A stretch of 21,452 bases of DNA from a virus. Numbering within the stretch: the stretch's first letter is position 1; every line of letters begins with the position of its first letter. Where the stretch lies: the IMG/VR virus record IMGVR_UViG_3300020182_000020. The stretch is one strand, 5' to 3'. Below, piece by piece: positions 1-7,994 of this stretch. The notes below the pieces were generated by a model. That model had not been told where the DNA came from. It saw only the letters and a program-made list of their open reading frames with translations, and did no database searches. A program made the translations under genes and the position numbers.

Positions 1-1
1 A

Positions 2-304
2 CCTGGTCCTACAGCCCCATTATCAGTCGCGACTGTGTCAAGATTTCCGTTTGCTTCTGATGCAGAAACTGTCGCTTCAGTAGGATCTATTGCACCTGTT
101 TCATCGCAACCAATATATTGGAAAGGTCGAACAGCTTGGCCAGGAATTACCCATGGGTATTCAAACGGCGGGTATTATCCAGCTCCTCTTGGCACTAAAT
201 CTTCCCTGATAAAATTCGCTTGGGGATCTTCTGTAACCTTTTCAGAAATAGGGGTATTTAGTTTACTTGCCTCAGGTGCAGCAGCATCAGGAATTCAAAC
301 CTAA
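2..304 (+). CDS. 5'-truncated Kelch-like beta-propeller protein, member of the paralog array
   Basis: Frame is open from nt 2 (PGPTAPLSVATVSRFPFASD...), so the listed GTG at 35 is internal. Contains the same repeat as downstream paralogs (VSRFPFASD; HGYSNGG...LIKFAWGS). Stop overlaps the next ATG (TAATG 302-306). Confidence 0.75.
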   Translation, partial: PGPTAPLSVATVSRFPFASDAETVASVGSIAPVSSQPIYWKGRTAWPGITHGYSNGGYYPAPLGTKSSLIKFAWGSSVTFSEIGVFSLLASGAAASGIQT

Positions 305-1137
305 TGACTATTAATGTACAAAACATTATCGATATTTTAGAAACGAGGATTGCAACTGCAGACAGCGATTTATCTTCAGTTGAACTCAACCGGTTGATAA
401 AAGCGAGCAATATAATTTCAAATTTAAAAGGTTCTGCCACATACACAGCTACTGCTGAATTACCTGAAGCGACAGAATATAATCAGGGTAGAATACTTTG
501 GAACGCCGAAACTCAAAACTATGTTGTGAACTCTTTAGGTACTTGGGAGAATATTGTGCTTTCGTCTACTGCTTTTGATGAATTTTTTAGATCTATCTAC
601 GCGGATTCTAATTATAGTGCACAAGGCTGGGCAGTGGGTACTGATTTCTCTGACGCAACAGGAGATTTTATCTATAGTTATCTTTCTGGTATACAGCAAT
701 CTTCAGGGGGCGCCAGAACAACAGCATTAGAAGAAATAACTGGGTATTTTGAAATACTGCTTTCTTCTACTCCTTCACAGGGATTGATAGGGCTTGCAAG
801 GGATAGTAGTCCAGGGGGTTATAATAATGTCCCCAGTATTTATTTGAATGATGGTGGTGGTTATGGTGGAGTGACAGGCGGAACAAATTTGGGAGGCTTT
901 GGTGCGGGTGACACATTACAAATTGCTTATAATGCAAACGCAAATCGTGTATGGTTTGGAAAAAACAATACCTATTATGCAGCAACAAATACAACAGGTG
1001 CGCTGATACCTGGAACTGGTAATTTAAGATGTATAATTATGGCAGGATCTACTGGTGGGGCGTCGCAACAAGGAACTTTTCGTGATAGAGCAGACTTTGT
1101 TTATAGTCCGCCTAGCGGATTTACAGTAACATATTGA
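304..1137 (+). CDS. Putative virion accessory protein: shared N-terminal anchor plus C-terminal SPRY/B30.2-like (ConA-like) domain
   Basis: N-terminus MTINVQNII...AELP...NQGRILW...YVVN..GTW resembles neighbours. C-terminus GYFEI...GLIGL...GDTLQIAYNANANRVWFGKN...FVYSPPSGF matches the SPRY-like pattern common in phage proteins. Confidence 0.6.
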   Translation: MTINVQNIIDILETRIATADSDLSSVELNRLIKASNIISNLKGSATYTATAELPEATEYNQGRILWNAETQNYVVNSLGTWENIVLSSTAFDEFFRSIYADSNYSAQGWAVGTDFSDATGDFIYSYLSGIQQSSGGARTTALEEITGYFEILLSSTPSQGLIGLARDSSPGGYNNVPSIYLNDGGGYGGVTGGTNLGGFGAGDTLQIAYNANANRVWFGKNNTYYAATNTTGALIPGTGNLRCIIMAGSTGGASQQGTFRDRADFVYSPPSGFTVTY

Positions 1138-1155
1138 AATAGGTCACCAATACTA

Positions 1156-3138
1156 ATGGCTATTAATATACAAAAATTAATAAACGCAATTAATGCAAAA
1201 AACATTACTGTACCACAAGACACCGCTGCACTTACAGAGCCTGTAGGTGAGGCTGCTGATGTTTTCGTAGGCGGAATAGCTATTACAGAGTATGATCTTG
1301 ACACAATTCCCGCAGGAACTACGGTAACATATGACAACAGTCGGTGGCTTGCTACAGATTTTACAGCTAATCCATCTGGTAACACGTCCGGTGACGATAT
1401 TTTATTGGGTGCTTGGTCAGGGACCGAGACAGCGCCCGTTGTAATCGACTTCAATAATTCATATATTGAAATGAAAAATATACAGTATATTAGCAACGTC
1501 AAGATAGCGTTTTCAATTTTACGCGGGGCAAATAATGTCACTATCAAAAATCTAAACCTTAAAATAAAAGGTACTAGTGCTACATGGACAGGAATTCATG
1601 CAAGCGATGTATACGGCAATGCAAACGCAACTGTAACTTTTGAAAATTGTAAATTTGATTTATCTGAGTGGGTAAAGGGGTCGAGTCCTCCGGCCTATCC
1701 AAACTCTTACGTATATTTGAACGGGCAGAGCCTTGTATTTGACGCCGATTGTATAGTTATAAAATCTCCTTCTCATGGAAATGTGTTCGCGCCGTATACC
1801 AATGTCGGCAGCGTCACCAGCAACGCCACAGTTTATACTAGCACTGATGCCGAAGCCATAGCATTATTACCATTGTCGAATCAATTAACTGGTGCCAACC
1901 TTTCTGTTGTCGCGGATGCGGCAATATTAAACAAATTAATTCCCAATATTAACAGTGCGTACGACATATACGCGTTAGTCGATTCTTCTGCTGATTTACC
2001 TGGTATAAGTTTGTCTAATCATGGCACCTTGGCTTACACCAGCATCAGTGATAAATTTTACGTTTCAAACGCAGCCAGAAATAGTTGGGAAGAACTGAAT
2101 ATAGTTACATATCCAGAAACGAGAAATGGTATCAACCCAATTTTCAACGCTGCTTCGAATTATGGTTATGCGGCGCAAGCATATAGTCCAACCTTTTCAA
2201 CCAATTATTTGCCCGCCATTAATCGAAATGGTGTTGATAAATTTGCTGTTGTTAATGCGGGAACTCCTGTTACCAGTGTGGGAACATTAACTGTTGCTGG
2301 CGACCGATCAGAAATGAATGCGTTGAGCGACACGGTTGGAGGGTTCGGGTTTCTCGCTGGTGGCATGCGAGAGATATCAGGTAATCCTGCGGCAAATAAA
2401 TTATTAATAGACAAATGGCCGGTAACTTCAGAAGGTTCTGCCGTCGATTTGGGCGATTTATTAAACTACGCTTTAAACACCGGCCACTCGCGCACTTGGT
2501 CCGACAATGGTAATGGATATGGATATGTATATGGATGGACGGCGGGGATCCCCACACCGCCGCCGCCACAGCCCACATATATTGATAAGTTTCCATTTGT
2601 TGCCACCACCGCCGTTGCAAACGTTGGAACATTTGGCAGTCATCAACAAGACAATGCTGTTTCTTTATCAGGTAATGTTGATGGATATTTGATCGGTGGC
2701 GATGATTATCTTGGTACGGTCAGCAAATATAGTTTTGCGAGCAATCCAGGATCAACATTAGCAATTCAGCCATTTACTCTTACACAGAAACGGATCCAAG
2801 CAGGCAAAAATGGTGTTATAAATTTAATAAGCGGATACCAAATAGGAGGAAGATATGGTCCCGCAACTTCCAATCAAACAAATACTGTGTCTTATTTTGG
2901 GCTTGCTTCTGGAACATCTGCTGTCAAAACACAAACTTTGACTACTGCAGTAAGATTTTCTGAAGGTATTTCCGGAAACACTTATGGATATGCAATGGGC
3001 GGATATTCTGGCCCGTTCGCGTCCACTGGCAACATCGAAGCGTTCCCTTATTCAAGCGACGATACGCCTTTCGTTACTGTTGGATCTTTAACTGCTGGCG
3101 GTACGAACGGCACTGGTACTAGCGGCTTTGGAAATTAA
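1156..3138 (+). CDS. Putative adhesin/fibre-associated protein: anchor interrupted by a beta-helix-like insert, plus a six-repeat Kelch-like propeller
   Basis: 660 aa. Six repeats ending VDKFAVV, IDKWPVT, IDKFPFV, VSKYSFAS, VSYFGLAS, IEAFPYSS, most preceded by GY/GF-x-x-GG-like strands. Insert has NNVTIKNLNL and VTFENCKF beta-helix-like strands. Confidence 0.65.
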   Translation: MAINIQKLINAINAKNITVPQDTAALTEPVGEAADVFVGGIAITEYDLDTIPAGTTVTYDNSRWLATDFTANPSGNTSGDDILLGAWSGTETAPVVIDFNNSYIEMKNIQYISNVKIAFSILRGANNVTIKNLNLKIKGTSATWTGIHASDVYGNANATVTFENCKFDLSEWVKGSSPPAYPNSYVYLNGQSLVFDADCIVIKSPSHGNVFAPYTNVGSVTSNATVYTSTDAEAIALLPLSNQLTGANLSVVADAAILNKLIPNINSAYDIYALVDSSADLPGISLSNHGTLAYTSISDKFYVSNAARNSWEELNIVTYPETRNGINPIFNAASNYGYAAQAYSPTFSTNYLPAINRNGVDKFAVVNAGTPVTSVGTLTVAGDRSEMNALSDTVGGFGFLAGGMREISGNPAANKLLIDKWPVTSEGSAVDLGDLLNYALNTGHSRTWSDNGNGYGYVYGWTAGIPTPPPPQPTYIDKFPFVATTAVANVGTFGSHQQDNAVSLSGNVDGYLIGGDDYLGTVSKYSFASNPGSTLAIQPFTLTQKRIQAGKNGVINLISGYQIGGRYGPATSNQTNTVSYFGLASGTSAVKTQTLTTAVRFSEGISGNTYGYAMGGYSGPFASTGNIEAFPYSSDDTPFVTVGSLTAGGTNGTGTSGFGN

Positions 3139-3140
3139 AT

Positions 3141-4442
3141 ATGGCAATTAATATAGAAACATTGCTTACGGCAATCACCTCGAGAAACGCAACAAAAGAT
3201 GCAGGAAGTAATGCTGCAGGAGACTCTGCAACATTAGACAGCCTAATATCAGAAATTGATAATAATTATGATATATATGTGACTGTTGATTCTTCGATTG
3301 ATTTGCCTCTGTCGGATGTGACTAATCATGGAGCATTAGCCTACACAACTATTAGCGATGCATATTATGTGTCAAACGCCACATCAGGTCAGTGGGATTC
3401 TCTTGAATTACAACTGCCTGGAGGAATTGTTGCCTCAAAGTTCGATCTTTTGGCCAACGGGAAAAACTTTGGATATTTGCACGGTGGCTCGGGTGGCGTC
3501 CAGACGACAGAAAAAATGGCATTTTCAAGCGGTACTATCTCTACTGTTAGTCCAGGGTGGACACATTCCTCTGAAGCCGGAACTGGGTTTTCTTCAGAGA
3601 CTAATGCTTACATTGCAGGCGGTGCAACACCCGCGCCGCTTTTTTATAGCCAAAACATAATTAACATGTCATTCTCTTCTGAAACAGTGACAACATCACC
3701 ACAAACTTTTACACAAGGTCTACACGTAACTCCAGTAAGCAATCCAAACCCAGGAACTGTTGGTATTTATAAAGCGTGCGGAACCAACGCAAAGGCGTAT
3801 TCAGTAGGATATATTTTTAGAGGAGACAACGCGTATAGTCCGAATGGTTTTTCAACAACATCAAAATATAACACTTCGAATGATATTTTGAGTCAGGCCA
3901 TTGTTGTATTGTCCGGTGGTAACGGCTACAATGGCGGCGCTGCAAATGATGGTGTTAATGCTTACATTGCTTCATCGGCCTTGCCCGATACGGTAGCGCC
4001 TCATCAACAAACAAACCTTTTGGCCATGGCATCAGACACTGAGCTTTCTGGCAGCATAACTGTTGGAACTCCAACAGCGGATGGAGCTGTAGAGAATGAA
4101 CAAATGTTAAATTCATCTACGAATATTTATTATTCTGGGGTTGAAAATAGTGCTCCTAGTCCCTCAGCATATACGACAGAAATTTTTAAATACTCATTTT
4201 CTGTTGGTTCTCCTGTTACATTATCCATCATTGGAGATTTAACTGAGAAGAAAGCTCGCGGAAGCGCACATTCTACTATTAATGATGGATATTGGATACG
4301 CGGGAATGCTCCTAATCCGCTTGGTCCTTTTACAGTCGGAACTGTTGATCGATTTCCTTTTGCGACAGAAGTTGGTGCAGTAGAAATTGCAACTTATACT
4401 AACGGCCAAAATAGGTCTGTAGGAACTAACTTACAGTATTGA
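3141..4442 (+). CDS. Putative adhesin: anchor plus six-repeat Kelch-like propeller
   Basis: 433 aa. Anchor YDIYVTVDSSIDLP..NHGALAYTTISDAYYVSNA closely matches the previous gene. Repeats EKMAFSS, INMSFSS, SKYNTSN, NLLAMAS, FKYSFSV, DRFPFAT. Confidence 0.65.
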   Translation: MAINIETLLTAITSRNATKDAGSNAAGDSATLDSLISEIDNNYDIYVTVDSSIDLPLSDVTNHGALAYTTISDAYYVSNATSGQWDSLELQLPGGIVASKFDLLANGKNFGYLHGGSGGVQTTEKMAFSSGTISTVSPGWTHSSEAGTGFSSETNAYIAGGATPAPLFYSQNIINMSFSSETVTTSPQTFTQGLHVTPVSNPNPGTVGIYKACGTNAKAYSVGYIFRGDNAYSPNGFSTTSKYNTSNDILSQAIVVLSGGNGYNGGAANDGVNAYIASSALPDTVAPHQQTNLLAMASDTELSGSITVGTPTADGAVENEQMLNSSTNIYYSGVENSAPSPSAYTTEIFKYSFSVGSPVTLSIIGDLTEKKARGSAHSTINDGYWIRGNAPNPLGPFTVGTVDRFPFATEVGAVEIATYTNGQNRSVGTNLQY

Positions 4443-4450
4443 TATAAATA
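4443..4450 (+). promoter_or_regulatory. T4-type late promoter (gp55 sigma) TATAAATA
   Basis: Exact consensus in the intergenic gap, 22 nt before the ATG at 4473, followed by AGGA. Confidence 0.85.
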
Positions 4451-4472
4451 GTTTGATCGTTTAGGAACCGGC

Positions 4473-5750
4473 ATGCCAATACCACAAGCAAGAATTACAA
4501 GTTCTTTAGATTCAGCCTTGGATCTATTTGATTCAGCAGATCCAGCAATTGATTTTCTCCAAATTGTTGACGCTGTTATTTCTATTGAACCTTGGAAAAC
4601 GCAAGGGTATAGTCTTTTTTATGATTCCGCAGGAGATTTACCTATAGCTGATTCAGCGACTGAAGGAATGATGGTACTGACTGCCAGTGTTCTTACAGGG
4701 AATAGTACGCTTTATTACAGTACAGGAACCGATTGGGCTAAGATTAATGATTTTGCTAAAAAACCTCTCCCGTCAATACCTTCGAGTTTAAAATCTGTAG
4801 TTCAGTACGCGGCGTCAAATACAATATTTTCATATGGAGTTGATCGGGCATTCATTAACCCAGCAACCGTTAACTCAATAGAATCGTATCCTGTTGCTAC
4901 TCCTTTCACAACAAGTAACAATGTGGGGTCATTGGATTACGTCTATTCTTTTACGTGTGGGGCGTCTGATTATTCAGGCGGAGGAAAGGGTTATATGATA
5001 GGAGGCAGCAACGGCGCTGGCGGCTCTGTTATAGTCCAATCGCACAATTTTTCATCTGGGCCGATTTCTATGGTAAATACCGGATATCCCATCGGGCCGC
5101 GTCAGATCTATAGATCGATTGCAACCAGTTCATATACAGACGCTTATGTGCATGTAGGTTACCAGAGTCTACCTACTCCGCCTGCAGGCGGGGTGGTCCC
5201 ATATGGGACATCCGACGACGTGCGAAAATATTCGTTTGCTGGTGGGGCTATTGGAACGTTTCTTGGGGACCTTACACCTGGTCCTGGAGTTCCAGGAGCT
5301 AATTTAGTATCGTTCACGTATGCTGACGGCCAACAAGGAATAATTAAAGATGACACTCGATATCAACAATGGCCCTTTGCGAGTGACACTCCGTTTTCAA
5401 CTAATATAGTTGCAACTGTAGGGCCGGTAGGAGGCGGGTGGGGCTACTCTACAAAATCTAAAGGATATTTTTGGTCGGGGGGTGTTAGTGAAGAATTTAA
5501 TTTTGCAAATGGAACACCAATCGCAGTAACTCCTTATTCTATAACGCCGAATGCTCCAGCCCCTATACAATATCATGGAGGAAATGGAAATTCTGAAACT
5601 AATGCTTTCTGGGGAACGCCTAACCCTGGACCAACAAACCCTTTTTCTGGTCAGTGGCATTCATTTCCGTTTGCTTCTGGTGTAGGAATAAATGTAGGGG
5701 CTAGATCCACGACTAATCGAGGCCTTTATGGTGGAGCAGCGCAAGACTAA
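4473..5750 (+). CDS. Putative adhesin: DSA-rich anchor plus six-repeat Kelch-like propeller
   Basis: 425 aa. Repeats ESYPVAT, QSHNFSS, RKYSFAG, QQWPFAS, EEFNFAN, HSFPFAS. The first ~100 aa are strongly similar to the next gene. Confidence 0.65.
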   Translation: MPIPQARITSSLDSALDLFDSADPAIDFLQIVDAVISIEPWKTQGYSLFYDSAGDLPIADSATEGMMVLTASVLTGNSTLYYSTGTDWAKINDFAKKPLPSIPSSLKSVVQYAASNTIFSYGVDRAFINPATVNSIESYPVATPFTTSNNVGSLDYVYSFTCGASDYSGGGKGYMIGGSNGAGGSVIVQSHNFSSGPISMVNTGYPIGPRQIYRSIATSSYTDAYVHVGYQSLPTPPAGGVVPYGTSDDVRKYSFAGGAIGTFLGDLTPGPGVPGANLVSFTYADGQQGIIKDDTRYQQWPFASDTPFSTNIVATVGPVGGGWGYSTKSKGYFWSGGVSEEFNFANGTPIAVTPYSITPNAPAPIQYHGGNGNSETNAFWGTPNPGPTNPFSGQWHSFPFASGVGINVGARSTTNRGLYGGAAQD

Positions 5751-7123
5751 TGTACATTAAACCCCCCATAGCAATATCGCAAACAGACATCTCTGGATTG
5801 TTAGATTCAGCGGTCGCTGCATTTGATTCTTCGGATCCGATCTTACAGATAATACAACTTATAGACGCAGCTATTACTATTGAACCATGGAGAACAGAAG
5901 GATATAGTCTTTACTATGATTCTGAAGGTTCATTACCCGCTTCAGATTCGGCTCTTGAAGGAATGACTGTAATAACTGCAAGTGAAACGACAGGAATATC
6001 TTCTCTCTATCTTAACATTGGTACTGGTTGGGACAAAATACAACAATTTGAAACCATTCCTGTGCCATCAATACCTTGGATAATTCAAACCTATGCTGGT
6101 AGTACAGAAGCAATGTATTGGGGAGGAATAGACGCCAACAGCAGTAGCCCTCAGCTAGTATCTTTTGCGTTTTCTAACGAAACTGTTTATGTTAATCATG
6201 GCGATTTATTGACACAAACACCTGTTTCTGGCCAACAATGGCGGCATGCACAGACTTTACAGTCAACTACTGACGCTTACAACTACGGCGGGTCGGGCAA
6301 CATTGTCAACACAGCTAATGAGTTAGGTATACCAGTGGCCCCAGGATCAGGTTTGATTACAGGTGGGTTGAAATTCCCATTTGCAACAAAAACTCGTATT
6401 GCTATTACTGATTCAATTACTCCAGCACCACTACTTCCTAACAACGGAACTACGAGAGGCACAGGCCATTCTCAAAAATCATCAGGAGTTGGATATGTTG
6501 CAGGCGGTAATGGTAAATATCTACCTGCTTTCAATTATATCGCAAAGGTGACTTTTTCTTCTGATGCAATTACAAACGATACTGGAACTTTAAACACCGC
6601 AATATCTACTGCCTCTTCTTTATCAAGTGTTCTTAATGCGTATGTTGTTTCTGGTAGGTCTGATCCTCTCGGTACTGGTCCTGGTTTAAGTGCTTTGTTT
6701 GATGTACAAAAATTTCCTTTTGCTGCTGGAACACCAGTTGCTGATCCAGCGGATGCGTCTAATAAAAAAACATTGGCCGCTTCTGGTGGTAACAACGATG
6801 TTGGCGTTATTGTTGGAGGATCTCAAGACGGACCACCAAGTCCATTCGCATCAACTAGCTATATGACTTTCTCTTATTCTTCAGATGTCACTAGTACAGG
6901 CTTTCCGATAAGTGCTGTTAACGGAGCTACAGGAATGAGTGGGCAAGACGATTTTTATTGGACAGGAGGTGTAACTAATACAAATCCTGCGCGGCAAAAT
7001 ACCGCGCCAGCCGCCTCATTTTCAAATAATACGTTTAAATATCCTTATGCTAGTGGTGTAATTACTCAGCCTGGATCTTCCCCAGAGAATGGCGCTTACG
7101 GCGCGCAGGGACATTCAGTATAA
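5750..7123 (+). CDS. Putative adhesin: DS-rich anchor plus six-repeat Kelch-like propeller
   Basis: 457 aa. IEPWRTEGYSLYYDSEGSLP versus IEPWKTQGYSLFYDSAGDLP in the previous gene. Repeats VSFAFSN, LKFPFAT, AKVTFSS, QKFPFAA, MTFSYSS, FKYPYAS. TAATG stop/start overlap. Confidence 0.65.
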   Translation: MYIKPPIAISQTDISGLLDSAVAAFDSSDPILQIIQLIDAAITIEPWRTEGYSLYYDSEGSLPASDSALEGMTVITASETTGISSLYLNIGTGWDKIQQFETIPVPSIPWIIQTYAGSTEAMYWGGIDANSSSPQLVSFAFSNETVYVNHGDLLTQTPVSGQQWRHAQTLQSTTDAYNYGGSGNIVNTANELGIPVAPGSGLITGGLKFPFATKTRIAITDSITPAPLLPNNGTTRGTGHSQKSSGVGYVAGGNGKYLPAFNYIAKVTFSSDAITNDTGTLNTAISTASSLSSVLNAYVVSGRSDPLGTGPGLSALFDVQKFPFAAGTPVADPADASNKKTLAASGGNNDVGVIVGGSQDGPPSPFASTSYMTFSYSSDVTSTGFPISAVNGATGMSGQDDFYWTGGVTNTNPARQNTAPAASFSNNTFKYPYASGVITQPGSSPENGAYGAQGHSV

Positions 7124-7166
7124 TTTAAGCCCTATATACATCTAGAATTAATTAAAAAGATATACT

Positions 7167-7994
7167 ATGAAACAATTGAATATTTGCACTGGTTTACCCA
7201 GAACTGGGTCAACTGTATTGATGAACATACTGCAACAAAACCCTAAAATATTTACAACTGCTACTGATCCACTTCCTGGAATTATACACAACAAGCTTCT
7301 TATCGATTCTAGATATACGGAACCCTTTCAAGCAATGTCGACCGAACAGGCAGACAATGCTGTACATGGTATGGTTATGGGCGCTGTTGGCGGATGGTAT
7401 GGTGGTCTTACAAAAAAAGAAATCGTGGTTTCTAAATCCAGAGATTGGTCTGCAATTTATTATTTATTTCCAAGCAGTAAAATATTGGTGACAGTTAGAG
7501 ACTTGAGAGATATTGTAGAGTCGTTTAATAAAATTAACCGTGGTATAAAAAGCCTACATACATATGGTGATGATAAAAAACTGTATCCTAGTTTTACTGA
7601 ATCAGAAAAGTACAACTATCATTTTAAAACAGCTAATGCGTTAAGTGGAGCATTACATCAAGAATTACCTGTCTTTATGGATTTGTTTCAGAAAACAGAA
7701 AATAAAGTTAAATTTATACGATATGAAGATTTTTTGAAAAATCCTGAAAAGGTTCTTGAATCTGTATATAAATTTTTCGATGAACCTGTGTTCCAACACG
7801 ACTTAAACAATATTTCACAATCTGAATTATTTGAGCATGATAACGCATATTTTAGAGAAAAAACTTCTCACAAAACAAAACCGCAGTTTGTTTATTGGCA
7901 AGAACCAAAAAGAAATTTGTCAGACGAATTTCAGAAAACTGTAATTGAAGAACATAAATGGTACTATGAAGCATTTTATCCGGAGGTAATATAA
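7167..7994 (+). CDS. PAPS-dependent sulfotransferase family protein
   Basis: 5'-PSB loop TGLPRTGSTVL, 3'-PB motif VTVRDLRDIVES and downstream IRYEDF..NPE, all typical of the family. Confidence 0.88.
   Translation: MKQLNICTGLPRTGSTVLMNILQQNPKIFTTATDPLPGIIHNKLLIDSRYTEPFQAMSTEQADNAVHGMVMGAVGGWYGGLTKKEIVVSKSRDWSAIYYLFPSSKILVTVRDLRDIVESFNKINRGIKSLHTYGDDKKLYPSFTESEKYNYHFKTANALSGALHQELPVFMDLFQKTENKVKFIRYEDFLKNPEKVLESVYKFFDEPVFQHDLNNISQSELFEHDNAYFREKTSHKTKPQFVYWQEPKRNLSDEFQKTVIEEHKWYYEAFYPEVI

Noticed and set aside
2515-2536. GGATAT short tandem repeat
   Set aside because: Simply encodes GYGYVYG of a propeller strand.
2-7123. Diversity-generating retroelement or invertible cassette behind the adhesin array
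   Set aside because: No reverse transcriptase or recombinase, no near-identical TR/VR pair or inverted cassette seen; paralogs are deeply diverged. Elements outside the window cannot be excluded.
7124-7166. Separate promoter for the sulfotransferase (TATATACA)
   Set aside because: Two mismatches to TATAAATA in very AT-rich DNA; not supportable.
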